Origin: Candidatus Poribacteria bacterium
GTDB taxonomy: Bacteria > Poribacteria > WGA-4E > WGA-3G
NCBI GenBank assembly: GCA_965198235.1
Contig: OZ240248.1
Coordinates: 4,448,001-4,512,000, forward strand
Length of the DNA stretch: 64,000 bases
Direction: 5' to 3'
Shown here: piece after piece, positions 20,007 through 30,513 of the stretch
How the letters are laid out: the number at the start of each line of letters is the position of its first letter
How positions within the stretch are numbered: position 1 is the first letter of the stretch
Notes under the pieces: model-generated
Seen by the model: the letters and a program-made list of their open reading frames with translations, nothing else
Told to the model about the DNA's origin: nothing
The model's database searches: none
Position numbers and translations under genes: made by a program

Positions 20007-20922
20007 CCTCTCTGAGTTCCTCAAGCGTGAGTCTAATTGGAGAGAGACCGTGCTTTCCCATAGCGTATATAAACGCCTCACGGGACATCCCGGCGAAGCG
20101 CGCGGAGAGGCCTGTGCTGAGCTCTTCGCGGTCATACGCTTTTAACGCCAACTTTAGACGCGCCCCCTCCTCAAATTCGGGCATCGGCTTGTGCGGGCAC
20201 AGCATATCCAAGACATCTGCGGGCAATTGAATGCCGGTTTTCTGCGCAAACGCTGCGGTACTCCCATAGCGCGTATAAAATAGCGGACGAATGTCCACAC
20301 GTAAGATCGCCGCAACCGTCCAATCCGCTTTTGTCTTTTTCCAGTGCTGATAATGTAAATATGCGACACCGGCGTGTCCATAAGCCAGCCCCGCATCTGA
20401 ATCAAGTTTTATCGCCATATCAAAGTCGTCCAGTGCGTGTTGAATATCTAACCTATTGAGGTGGAGACTGCCCCGATTTGTATACGCCTCGGTGAGTTCC
20501 TGATTCAAACCTATCGCCATGGTATAGTCTTGGAGCGCATAAATCGTTTCGCCTTTTAGTTGATAAGCGATGCCGCGGTTGTTATACGCCTCTGCGTAGT
20601 TACGCTTACACTGGATTGCCCTGTAATACGCGCTCAGTGCTTTATCCACCTCACCTTTTTTCATGTAAGCGAGCCCTTGATTGTAATGGGCATTGACATA
20701 ATCCGATTTGAGATCTATCGCCTTCGCAAAGGCTGCGATCGCCTTGCCATACGCCCCGTTTTCGCAATAGGCAATACCGCGGGTGTTGTGCGCCTCGGCC
20801 TCGGCGAGGTTCGGGTGCTGTGTCGGTTTTGAAAACTCTCCGAGGCTGATACTATGTCCACACTGATATTCGTGTGCAAATCCACAATGAGAATAGATGT
20901 CAACGGCTTCGCTATTTTTCAT
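19966..20922 (-). CDS. TPR repeat protein with C-terminal UPF0175 domain
   Basis: About five TPRs (AYNNRGIAY); C-terminal LALKAYDREELSTGLSARFAGMSREAF. Confidence 0.85.
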   Translation of the reverse strand: MKNSEAVDIYSHCGFAHEYQCGHSISLGEFSKPTQHPNLAEAEAHNTRGIAYCENGAYGKAIAAFAKAIDLKSDYVNAHYNQGLAYMKKGEVDKALSAYYRAIQCKRNYAEAYNNRGIAYQLKGETIYALQDYTMAIGLNQELTEAYTNRGSLHLNRLDIQHALDDFDMAIKLDSDAGLAYGHAGVAYLHYQHWKKTKADWTVAAILRVDIRPLFYTRYGSTAAFAQKTGIQLPADVLDMLCPHKPMPEFEEGARLKLALKAYDREELSTGLSARFAGMSREAFIYAMGKHGLSPIRLTLEELREDAESAREASSYQQ

Positions 20923-21560
20923 AATGGCAGTTCCTCTGATATTGGCGCGTTCCAGCAGGCGTTTTAAGTGTATCACCCTTCAATCAGCGGATCAAAAAGT
21001 CGACTCAAACAACAAGCATTAAGATAAATCTTCCAGAAACGAGCGTGTGGGTTTAGTGGCATTTTCTCTCCGATTTTTCGCATGAAAAAAAATTGCGGAA
21101 GGTGTAACATTCTTTCGACTCCGAATCCGTTGCGTTTCTCTGGAAGTTCCATGAGAATCCCCCTTAAAAATGTTACACTGGTGTAACATTTGGTGTATAA
21201 TGCTTATCGGCAGAAAACCCAGTGGCTGTAAGGGTTCATTGATGTTTTTTTCTGATGTCCCGCTGTAAAAAAAATAATTTTCTGTAAAGCGTAACATTTT
21301 TTTCAGATATTCTGAAGTCCTCGCGTTTTTTGTCGCGTGTCGTGGTATTAACGGCGGTCTGAAAGAACCATAAATATTATACTATATTTATCAGTAGTTT
21401 TCAAGTCAAAAGTTAATTTGAAAAACTATAAGCGTTGGGTTTCACTCGGCACCGCTGCGATGGAGGCGGTATTGAACAAATATCGGTTTTCTTTGAGTTG
21501 CCAGCGTTTTGCTCCCGCCCGTTCAACCCAACCTACGGGGAAGTCTTTTCTTAATTAAAT

Positions 21561-21652
21561 AGGACTTACGCAGTCCCCTTTGCTGGCGAGGTTTGAAACC
21601 TCGCCAGCGGCGTGTAGTACGTAGATCCTCGTAAGAAAATTGCGTAAGTCCT
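21561..21652. mobile_element. MITE with AGGACTTACGCA termini enclosing a REP hairpin
   Basis: Perfect 12-bp inverted repeats at 21561-21572 and 21641-21652; inner gctggcgaggtttgaaacctcgccagc. Confidence 0.7.
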
Positions 21653-21886
21653 GATCTATTAAGGGTGTGTAAATATTTTGTCAAAAGGGCTGATAGTCCG
21701 GTTTCTCTTTTATCCGCGTCATCCGTGTCATCCGCGTCAATCCATGATTCAGACAATTAACATATATCGCCCCGCTGTAGAAATCAAAATCCTGTTCGTA
21801 GTAGTGCGATTTATCGCACGTCCCCGCATCACTAAATTACGCCCATTATTTTTTCGTGAACGGCGCACGGAGTGTACCTACTACTT

Positions 21887-24841
21887 TTAATACCGCTGCT
21901 GTCCCAAATTATGCACCGACATCACCTCGTTTCCGCGTGGGTCGATGACTTTGACGGCAACGCAGGCGTGCTCTCCAGCGGGAAATGGGAAGGATTCTGT
22001 GCCGCTGAATTTCTCAAATTGGTCTTCGTCGATGACACCTTTGAGGGCGCGGGCGATTTTGTCCCAGGCTTTTTTGTCGGGAAAGAAGGCTTGCGTGATG
22101 CAGAAGGTTCGACCATCATAGTCGGAATCGACGAACCATGCCGCGACCTTATCAGCACCAGCAGAACTGACTGTGTTATTTACAGGATTGTAGATGTCTA
22201 CACCCTCCATCTTGACGATGTATTCTCCGTTGGCTGTTTCTTTAAGTGCTGTGCGTGGCATTCCAAACACAGTGAATAATTGCGTGGACGGTGTCTCCTT
22301 GAGCAGTCCGCCCATCGCTACATCGGGGTTGATATGCGCTATATGGATACGGACTCTCGGATTCGGATCTTCTTGGATTATGGCTTGTGCTGCACCATCG
22401 AAACTGAAACCTGCAAAAACCAATTCATCGTAACCACGGCGCGACGCAATGGGTAGGCACTCTTCGACTTGCATCGCCGTTACGGGTCCGTGCTGCGGTC
22501 CAAATGCAACTGCAATGAGGCGTTCGGCATCGTCATTTTCCCAACTTCCTTCGGCGTGGAGGACATCCCCCTCAAGCGGGTCAAGCGTGGCGAATTTCAG
22601 CGTCCGGTTATCGGGAAACCGCACACCGTCATTGCGGAGGAGGCGAATCATCTGGTCGAGGTGTGCCTCGGCATTGACAGCGTCTTGTCCGTCTGTCTCT
22701 GCCTCATAAGTGTCCAGAGGTTCTTCGGGGTCGCCACCGATGGGTGATTCAATATCCAGCGATTCTTCGGCGGGTTGGACCGCCTCTACGGTGAAGGGAC
22801 CGCTCACCCGCGTCCGCTTTCTGTCCACTTCCGGCTGATCGACCAACTCCTCGCCTTCGGAGGATGCGGCGATGCAGCCATTCACCTCGTCCATCTTTTC
22901 CCGCCACGCCTTGCGGTAATCCGTTAAAGCCTCCTGTAGTGCTTTAGGCCAGTCGGGATCGGCATCAAAAGGCACTTCCCACTCCTGCCATACCGTCTTT
23001 GGGAATTGCCAACGTCGCAGGTCGGCATCGGTGATAGATCTTTTGCCCTCGCGCTTTTGCTTATCCGCAAACTTGGCGAGAAGTTTCGTACGGATGTCTG
23101 GCGTAACTTCAGCTAAGGCACAATTCAGCGTATCCAACTTCTCTTTGAGAACTTGTTCGTGTTTTGCAAAGATCGGGTCAAGTGCGGTGTTTTGTCCGAT
23201 GTCTTTGAGCGTGACGCGCGGGATGATTTTGTTGATAAAGCCACCAGCGATGCCTTTAGATTCGTTCTTGAATTGATAGTAGTTGAAGACTGCTGTTAAG
23301 AGGCGTTGCCGCGCTAAAGTAACTGCAACGCGACTGGTATCAATGGTAATCCAGCGTCTGCCCCACTGCTCGGCGACATAAGCAGTTGTGCCACTTCCGC
23401 AGGTTGGATCGAGGACAAGATCACCAGGGTCTGTAGTCATCAGGAGACAGCGTTGAACGACCTTGGATGCAGTCTGAACCACATAAGATTTTGCTAGTTC
23501 TGGTCCAGTATCAAGCCAAACATTGTTATATTCTTCGGCACCAAGGTCATCTAAGTAGTATTTAGATCTGATCCGGCTTCCTTCTTTTATGATACGCTTA
23601 CTTTTTACCATAGCATCAAACGCAGTTGCCGTATGTCGCCATTGGGTGTTGGAAGGAGGCGTATAAATCTCGCCTTCAAACTCTCGCGGCTCTCTCTTCT
23701 CCGTACCCATAGTGTGAAGCGGCAAAGACATGAAAATTCTAACATCATTAGGAATTTGTTTGGGATTTGTGCGTTCATCATTCGTTAGTGTTCTAACACT
23801 ACCATCTTGCTCAACATACTTGTATAAATCAAGATTCAAGTCGTCAATATTCTTAGGCTTAAATATCCGCCGAAATTTACATAATTCCTTTTGTTTGGCA
23901 TACCATATAATGTGGGCTTGAATTCTGCGCGGTCCTAATTTTCGTTCAAAGCCGCTGGTCACTTTATATGTAATCTGAGATACAAAATTCTCACTCCCGA
24001 ACACTTCATCCATGACACACCGCACTCGGTGGACATTTTCATCTCCAATCTGCATAAAAATGCTTCCGCTATCTGTTAACAACTCTTTGGAGACAATTAG
24101 GCGATCACGCAGATAAGCGAGGTAGGAATGGATACCGAGTGTCCACGTATCGCGATAAGCTCTAATCTGTTCCTGTTCCCGAGTTAAATCTTGTGATCTA
24201 TCTTTTACATCGCGTTGAAAGACGGTGGGTTGGAAGTTGGAGGCGAACGTGATGCCGTACGGTGGGTCAATGTAGATCGTTTGCACCTTGCCGGCAAGGT
24301 CCTCACGGTGTGCGAGGGAGCTCATGACGGTGAGGCTATCACCGAGGATGAGGCGGTTTGCCCAATCCACGTCGTGCTGGTAGAAATCGACTGCCTCGCC
24401 ATACGCCTGCTGTGGGTCGGCGAAGAGTTCACGCTGGACGTTTTGGCGTTCTGCAACCTTCAAGATGGCTTTGGCACTCACGCGCTCGTGGATATGCAGG
24501 GCAACCGGATCAACGGTAAACGATTTCGTCTCCTGTTTGCCTGCCCATTCGAGCCATGGGCTGTGGTGTTGGAGTGCGCCGGCGATGGTTTTTGCTTCTT
24601 CTGCGGAGAGTGCTTGCTGCCGCGCCTTTTGGAGCAGTTCGGGGAGTTTGTCCGCGTCTCCGTTTGGGTCGGATCGGAGGTTGGGGGGCAGGTGCGGATT
24701 GTAGGCGTATTCCTGCTTGGGTGTTTCTTGGATTTTTCCTTGTGCGGCGATGCCGGCGGGTGGGTTGTTTTTTCGGGTAGCGGTGTCGTGTCTGTAGTCT
24801 TGGACCTCTTTTTGTTGGGTGGTGCGTTTCTTTCTTGGCAT
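21887..24841 (-). CDS. mod: Type III R-M DNA methyltransferase Mod
   Basis: IYIDPPYG and VLDPTCGSGTT (beta class); C-terminal AVKVIDPRGNE. Confidence 0.92.
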   Translation of the reverse strand: MPRKKRTTQQKEVQDYRHDTATRKNNPPAGIAAQGKIQETPKQEYAYNPHLPPNLRSDPNGDADKLPELLQKARQQALSAEEAKTIAGALQHHSPWLEWAGKQETKSFTVDPVALHIHERVSAKAILKVAERQNVQRELFADPQQAYGEAVDFYQHDVDWANRLILGDSLTVMSSLAHREDLAGKVQTIYIDPPYGITFASNFQPTVFQRDVKDRSQDLTREQEQIRAYRDTWTLGIHSYLAYLRDRLIVSKELLTDSGSIFMQIGDENVHRVRCVMDEVFGSENFVSQITYKVTSGFERKLGPRRIQAHIIWYAKQKELCKFRRIFKPKNIDDLNLDLYKYVEQDGSVRTLTNDERTNPKQIPNDVRIFMSLPLHTMGTEKREPREFEGEIYTPPSNTQWRHTATAFDAMVKSKRIIKEGSRIRSKYYLDDLGAEEYNNVWLDTGPELAKSYVVQTASKVVQRCLLMTTDPGDLVLDPTCGSGTTAYVAEQWGRRWITIDTSRVAVTLARQRLLTAVFNYYQFKNESKGIAGGFINKIIPRVTLKDIGQNTALDPIFAKHEQVLKEKLDTLNCALAEVTPDIRTKLLAKFADKQKREGKRSITDADLRRWQFPKTVWQEWEVPFDADPDWPKALQEALTDYRKAWREKMDEVNGCIAASSEGEELVDQPEVDRKRTRVSGPFTVEAVQPAEESLDIESPIGGDPEEPLDTYEAETDGQDAVNAEAHLDQMIRLLRNDGVRFPDNRTLKFATLDPLEGDVLHAEGSWENDDAERLIAVAFGPQHGPVTAMQVEECLPIASRRGYDELVFAGFSFDGAAQAIIQEDPNPRVRIHIAHINPDVAMGGLLKETPSTQLFTVFGMPRTALKETANGEYIVKMEGVDIYNPVNNTVSSAGADKVAAWFVDSDYDGRTFCITQAFFPDKKAWDKIARALKGVIDEDQFEKFSGTESFPFPAGEHACVAVKVIDPRGNEVMSVHNLGQQRY

Positions 24842-24960
24842 TCTGTGTCCTCTTTTACAGAAATTAAAAACGTGAATTTGCAATGAAGAAATTTAATTAA
24901 TCCAAAAGCGCAAGTCGTGGTATCATACATCTGATAAGTGCAATACAATATATCAGAAAA

Positions 24961-25884
24961 ATGTTCTTAAGTCAAGGAGGAAAACTATTAGTGACACAGA
25001 GTCCCGTTGACCTTGCACGGCGTCTCCTCAATGAAGATCTCAATAGGCTTGAAGATGTCCTCCAAGCAGATGTACTCACGATCTTCGGTCCGATATGGCC
25101 CGGGTTAGAGAACACTATTAGAAGCACTATTGAAAGGTTACGAAATCACAGGGAGCGAATAGCCGTTGTTTTAGACACAGTTGGTGGTATCATTGAGGTA
25201 GTTGAGCGGATAGTAACTGTGATCTGTCACCACTACAATGAAGTTTACTTTCTGGTTCCCGACCAAGCCATGTCCGCAGGCACAGTTTTCGTGATGGCAG
25301 GAAATCAAATTTACATGAATTACTTTTCATGTTTGGGACCGATTGATCCCCAAATTGAGAAGGATGGGAAGTTTGTGCCAGCCATGTCATATCTGAACCA
25401 GTATCAACGGTTCCGCGAAAGAGCAGAATCGGGTCAGTTAAATACGGCGGAACTGATTCTGCTCAATAATTTTGACCCAGGCGAACTTTACCAGTTTGAA
25501 CAAGCCCGTCTGTTATCAGAGAATCTTTTGGCTGAGTGGCTTTTTAAATATAAATTCAGAGATTGGAATACCCACAGTTCAACAGGAAATCCTGTTACCC
25601 CGGAAGAAAGGCGGCAAAGAACAGAAGAGATAGCCAGAGTACTAAGTAACTATGAACGTTGGCATTCTCACGGGCACCCGATTTCAAGAGACACGCTAAT
25701 CTCGGACCCCAGACTTCGCCTGCAAATTGAGAAGATTGAGGATAATCCAGGCCTCTCTCTCGCTCTTAATGACTACATTGTGTCGCTTGAATCTTACGTG
25801 CGAAGAGGACAACCTTGTTTGTTTGTACACACCCGAAATAATCCAAGGAGACTTCCGATCAGAAGACCGAGAGTAGCTTCTTAA
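24961..25884 (+). CDS. SDH_sah (ClpP/crotonase-fold) serine protease
   Basis: LDTVGG, AMSAGT, LGPIDPQ, WHSHG. Confidence 0.85.
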   Translation: MFLSQGGKLLVTQSPVDLARRLLNEDLNRLEDVLQADVLTIFGPIWPGLENTIRSTIERLRNHRERIAVVLDTVGGIIEVVERIVTVICHHYNEVYFLVPDQAMSAGTVFVMAGNQIYMNYFSCLGPIDPQIEKDGKFVPAMSYLNQYQRFRERAESGQLNTAELILLNNFDPGELYQFEQARLLSENLLAEWLFKYKFRDWNTHSSTGNPVTPEERRQRTEEIARVLSNYERWHSHGHPISRDTLISDPRLRLQIEKIEDNPGLSLALNDYIVSLESYVRRGQPCLFVHTRNNPRRLPIRRPRVAS

Positions 25885-25904
25885 TAAAACAAGGAAATTT
25901 ACGA

Positions 25905-26207
25905 ATGAAAAACTTACGCAATCCTCCCCCTTCGCCTACAATAGAGGATACGGACAACAAGTCTAAGGCTACTATACCTGCTGACCGGAATGTTGACGCG
26001 GCGACTATCGAAAACAATCCGAAGGTTGATGCTCAACTTGTATCGGATTTCTACCGTCTTGTTGATGCATCACAGGGTGTCATCCGAAGCGCGCGAGGTG
26101 CCAATTACAGTTTGTCACATCCACTTGACTCCAAGGTCATGCCAACCGATCTCGATCAAGATCCCAGTCAAATCGAGAAAAATCCAAGTGAAGCCAAAAA
26201 GATTTGA
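25905..26207 (+). CDS. Hypothetical protein
   Basis: AAGGA RBS, 20 bp after the protease gene. Confidence 0.55.
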   Translation: MKNLRNPPPSPTIEDTDNKSKATIPADRNVDAATIENNPKVDAQLVSDFYRLVDASQGVIRSARGANYSLSHPLDSKVMPTDLDQDPSQIEKNPSEAKKI

Positions 26208-26299
26208 GCATTGATAAAACCCGATTAGATATATCCTTCAATTCCTTTTGGGTGAGGAACCACTTTCCTCGCCCATATTTTTTCAGATAACGGGCAGTA

Positions 26300-27010
26300 A
26301 TCAAAAGTCGGGATTCGGAGATCCCTCCTACAGGGGATTTCATGGTTTGTGAAGTTTCTGGTACGGTTGGAAACCGCACCTACCAATATCGGGTAAAGCC
26401 ATGGAGAGGTGAAGAAAATCTCGCCAGCGGTGTGGAGGAGTAGACGGATATTGGGAATCCAGACAGATGCCGCCCCTACGGGGCTTAGATTTGGCTTGTC
26501 CTATTTTTCTACACACATGCCGCCCCGATGGGGCTGAAGATCTGTTTGTAGTAGTGCGATTTATCGCACGTTCTCTCTTAGTGAATAGCACACACCGTGT
26601 TCTCACTAACTTGCATCACAAGTACAGTTCGTGCCTACAGAAGAATAGCAGTCAGCGATCAGAAGCCGGGATTCGGAGATCCCTTCTACTTGAAAATTAA
26701 ATAAATATTTCGGTAATTCTATCAAAGACACTTGTCAATCAAGAAATCTATAATCCGCGTCATCTGTGTAATCCGTGTAATCCGTGATTCAGACAATGAA
26801 CACGGACATTACCGAATTAAATTCTTAATCTTCAACAAGAAGGGTAGTCAGCAGTCAGCAGTCAGTGGCAAGGAAATTTCGCCAGCGGCGGGAAGGGATT
26901 TATTGTTACGGAAAACAGGCGCGGTTGGGAAACGTCGCCAGCGGGAATAGGAATCGATTTGTGGGGTGTTTGGTGTGGATCTGGTGCGGTTGGGAAACCG
27001 CACCTACCAG
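26300..27010. repeat. Dense mosaic of REP families and tandem repeats
   Basis: At least six repeat families, each also seen elsewhere in the window. Confidence 0.7.
26690..26835 (-). mobile_element. MITE-like element copy 2 (9-mer tandem cargo)
   Basis: Same terminal repeats in reverse orientation; interrupts the tail of a REP. Confidence 0.7.
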
Positions 27011-27057
27011 TTCTGAGGAAATTCTAAATCGACGTTCCCAATACGTTCAAAGTCAAA

Positions 27058-27678
27058 CTACTGCATCGGCGAAAACGGAGCAGGCAGCAGAAGTTTGCTC
27101 TCCTGTGTGATGGGTCTGACAGAGCCTTTGGGGGGCCAGACACCTTTCTCTCGCGTCTCTGCTCGGATCCGTTGACGTTCTTCAAAACTCCTATACGTCC
27201 ACAGATGGATGAAATTGTTGACACCACCGTATTCAGAGTACCAACAGCCTGCCAACGGTGAGAACTTCACGCGCTCGGGGATAGCTGCACTCCACGCCTC
27301 CAGCACTTGTGGCATACCCTCTGAGGGATAGGTGTACAAACGCATTTCATATAACGGACCGAGGTCTTTTTCACCTAAGGGTGTCATAAAGGGGGCTGGC
27401 AGATAAATCTCGGATACCATTGATACAATGAGATCGCTGGTATCAGGGGGCCATACTGGGTTCGGCTCGGCTTCCGCAGCACGCCGGATCTCCGCCCGCT
27501 GTTCAAGACTCTCGTAGGGCCAAATAGCGACCATCTGATTCAATGGTCCCACTTCGGTGTACCAGTGTCCACCGAGTTTCGATAGCTTTTGGCGTCCCGG
27601 TAACTTTTCGCCGAAGCGTTCCCAATATTCGTTAAGTTGGCCGAGTTTCAGATTATAGGTTCTTATCTCGTAGATCAC
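27058..27678 (-). CDS. Two-domain NIPSNAP protein
   Basis: IYEIRTY and LYEMRLY duplicated domains; LLPAPFSPMQ. Confidence 0.9.
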   Translation of the reverse strand: MIYEIRTYNLKLGQLNEYWERFGEKLPGRQKLSKLGGHWYTEVGPLNQMVAIWPYESLEQRAEIRRAAEAEPNPVWPPDTSDLIVSMVSEIYLPAPFMTPLGEKDLGPLYEMRLYTYPSEGMPQVLEAWSAAIPERVKFSPLAGCWYSEYGGVNNFIHLWTYRSFEERQRIRAETREKGVWPPKGSVRPITQESKLLLPAPFSPMQ

Positions 27679-27770
27679 GCTATCCTCCCGCGTTATTCGG
27701 TCTGATTCATTGGAACTGTTTCGTTAAATGTAGAATATACCGCTTTCTACACACGTGCTGCCTCGCAAGG

Positions 27771-28790
27771 CTAAAATCCGCGATGTAGGCAATGAGGATG
27801 ATACCTTAAAGCGTGATCGGTGTCAAGTGCTATTTTGAGAGGTTTCTGAAGGACAGGGATACAGGATTGAGGGGTTTTTGTTCGGTGTTCAGGGCGATAA
27901 CAGAGAACAAGCACCGGCAGTACCTGCGAAACACCGAAACCGACATCCGTGAGCCAGACTTCAGGTCCGTTCTTGTACTTTCTGACCAGAAATTCGTACT
28001 CTTTTTCTGTATTTGGGATAGGGTTGAGGCGATAGGAGTCGATTAAATCCAACCGCTGCAGCCATTTGGGGATCTGCTCCTCAAGAGGACGGAGTTGAAT
28101 TCGTCTGGAAAAGATCGCGGTGACCATCTCTTCTCCATGTTGCCCTACACCCGGTGAATGCTTGCCCTGCCATGCGTAATGTCGGCGGGGATATTCACGG
28201 AGGGGACCAAGATAGCAGATGCTACGGAATAGGTTTTCAAAACGCGTCTGGAGTGGCGAAAAAAGTTGAATTATATTAGGGTATGAATCGCGAATCCCAT
28301 AGCACCGAAACACGGTGGCATTGAGATTTAGCACACTGGGGGCGGAAACCCGACCGACCCCTCGACCCTCCCAACTTACCCCAAAGTGTTGTTCACCTAT
28401 CCTATAATTGAAACTCATCTCAGAGGCTGCATTCTCCACGTTATTGACTTTGAGATTGAAGGAGAGGGTATTTACTTCCTCCACATCCGGCAGCCTTAAT
28501 TTTTCGGAAAACTTCCACGAAACTGAAACTTGGAGTGGGTGGTCACGTCTGTGCTGGTAAATGAGATCATCAAAACTCCCCAAGTTAACGAGCGAATTAT
28601 CGTCACCGAAATCAATCACCCCATTCCAATTTGATGGACGCTCCATGGTCTGCTTGAGCATGAGCAGTGTTTGCAGGATACTGGTTTTGCCGGAACTGTT
28701 CGCGCCGAAGAAGCCGGTCAAGGGTGCTATCTGCAACTTACCGGTATCTTTCCACGATTTGAAATTCTGTGCGCTGAGTTCGGTAATCAT
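27771..28790 (-). pseudogene. AAA_15/DUF3696-type ABC ATPase truncated before Walker B
   Basis: QNFKSW, GANSSGKTS, YLGPLR, VGFGVSQVLP, then unrelated sequence; EQPE motif missing. Confidence 0.75.
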
Positions 28791-28994
28791 GATGTATACC
28801 TCGTTCTCTGGCACAAATAGAGAATATTTTTCTGTCCTTAGAACTGCCAAATGCCGCCCTTATAGGGCTTGATGGTTCCTCTGAACGCGTTTCTATAAAC
28901 ATGCCGTCCCGCTGGGACTAAAGAAGGGAAAACGGAAAGCCCCTAAGAGTTTAGGGAGGATAATTGTGCAGGACAGGTGCGGTTGACAAACGCA

Positions 28995-29132
28995 CTACTT
29001 CTCGCCTTGCTGGCGAATTGCGACTAACTCTTCCAGAATGCGCCTGTGAAGTCGATGTAATTCAAGGACCATTCCGATGCCGATAGCTATCGACACACCC
29101 GCTGCGAGAATGAGTTTCGTTTTTAAGGACAT
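28995..29132 (-). CDS. Small single-TM protein (45 aa) downstream of icd
   Basis: MSLKTKLILAAGVSIAIGIGMVLELHRLHRRILEELVAIRQQGEK*; AAGGGA RBS. Confidence 0.55.
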   Translation of the reverse strand: MSLKTKLILAAGVSIAIGIGMVLELHRLHRRILEELVAIRQQGEK

Positions 29133-29171
29133 GTGTCGTTCCCTTGCTACGTGCGCTCAATAGTTCTGCCG

Positions 29172-30416
29172 TTAGAAGTTTTCGATAATCGCTGCCCCGA
29201 ACTCGGAGGTACGGACCTTCGTCGCGCCTTCCATGAGACGCTCCAGATCGTAGGTCACCCGTTTCTGGAGGATGGTCTTCTCGAGTCCCGAAATAATCAG
29301 GTCGGCGGCTTCTTGCCAGCCGATGTGTTCCAGCATCATCACCGCAGAGAGGATAAGCGAACCCGGATTGACGACATCCTGATCGGTATACTTCGGTGCG
29401 GTGCCGTGCGTCGCTTCAAAAAGCGCGACTTCATCGCTGAGGTTACCACCGGGTGCCATACCGATACCGCCGACCTGTGCCGCCGCGGCATCCGAGAGAT
29501 AATCCCCGTTCAAATTCGGGGTGACAAACACGTCGTACTCATCGGTTCGCGTCAGAATTTGCTGCAACATGCTGTCAGCAATTCGGTCATTGACAAGTAT
29601 TTTGCCTTCTGGACACTCACCCCCGTAGTCACTATAGAGTTCATCCTCTGTAATCGTCTGATCAGCGAATTCCTCTTTGGCGAGTTCATATCCCCAAGCA
29701 CAGAACGCACCTTCGGTAAACTTCATGATGTTGCCTTTGTGAACAAAGGTGACGCTACGTCTACCGTGGTCAATTGCGTACTGGATCCCCATCCGTGCCA
29801 AGCGTTTCGTGCCGAAAATGCTGATCGGTTTCACACCGATACCGGAATCTTCGCGGATGTTTACTCCCATTTCGGTGCGGAGCAGTTCGATAACCTTTTT
29901 CACCTCTGGTGTGCCTTGTTCCCACTCAATACCGGCATAAACATCCTCGGTGTTTTCACGGAAGATAACGACATCCATCTTTTCAGGGTGTATGACAGGG
30001 GCAGGGACACCTTGGAAATAGCGGACGGGACGGACACATGCGTAGAGTTCAAGCACCTGACGGAGTGTCACGTTTAAACTCCGGAATCCACCACCGACAG
30101 GTGTTGTGAGGGGTCCCTTCAGGGCAACGCGGAAGTATTCAATTGCGTCGAAGGTATCCTGTGGGAGCCATTCGTTATATTTCGCCATGGCGTTTTCGCC
30201 AGCGTAGACATCAAACCAAACGATCTGGTTTTCACCGTTGGACGCTGTTTGGACAGCGGCATCAACAACACGGCGTGCAACCTTCATGATGTCTCGTCCG
30301 ATGCCGTCGCCTTCAATGACAGGGATAATCGGCTTATTCGGCACGACGAGCTGTCCATTGACGAACCCGATTCTTTCACCTTCTGTCGGGACTGTTAATT
30401 GCTCAAATCCAATCAC
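29172..30416 (-). CDS. icd: Isocitrate dehydrogenase
   Basis: [53 protein letters not shown]. Confidence 0.97.
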   Translation of the reverse strand: MIGFEQLTVPTEGERIGFVNGQLVVPNKPIIPVIEGDGIGRDIMKVARRVVDAAVQTASNGENQIVWFDVYAGENAMAKYNEWLPQDTFDAIEYFRVALKGPLTTPVGGGFRSLNVTLRQVLELYACVRPVRYFQGVPAPVIHPEKMDVVIFRENTEDVYAGIEWEQGTPEVKKVIELLRTEMGVNIREDSGIGVKPISIFGTKRLARMGIQYAIDHGRRSVTFVHKGNIMKFTEGAFCAWGYELAKEEFADQTITEDELYSDYGGECPEGKILVNDRIADSMLQQILTRTDEYDVFVTPNLNGDYLSDAAAAQVGGIGMAPGGNLSDEVALFEATHGTAPKYTDQDVVNPGSLILSAVMMLEHIGWQEAADLIISGLEKTILQKRVTYDLERLMEGATKVRTSEFGAAIIENF

Positions 30417-30513
30417 TGGTATTCCTCTCTAATTCGTTAACACTTTTAGACATTCGATCGTGCTTACCTGCTGTCTCTGCTAAGTCTTTGCAGAGCCTGA
30501 GTCCAGTAACATT

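Noticed and set aside
21019-21890. Short ORFs between mod and the TPR gene, and at 26137-27110
   Set aside because: Translations of repeat DNA (e.g. IRVICVIRVIRDSD) with no coding signal
29133-30077. 314-aa plus-strand ORF
   Set aside because: Antisense shadow of icd; the same applies to the long antisense ORFs over mutS, mod and the aldehyde dehydrogenase
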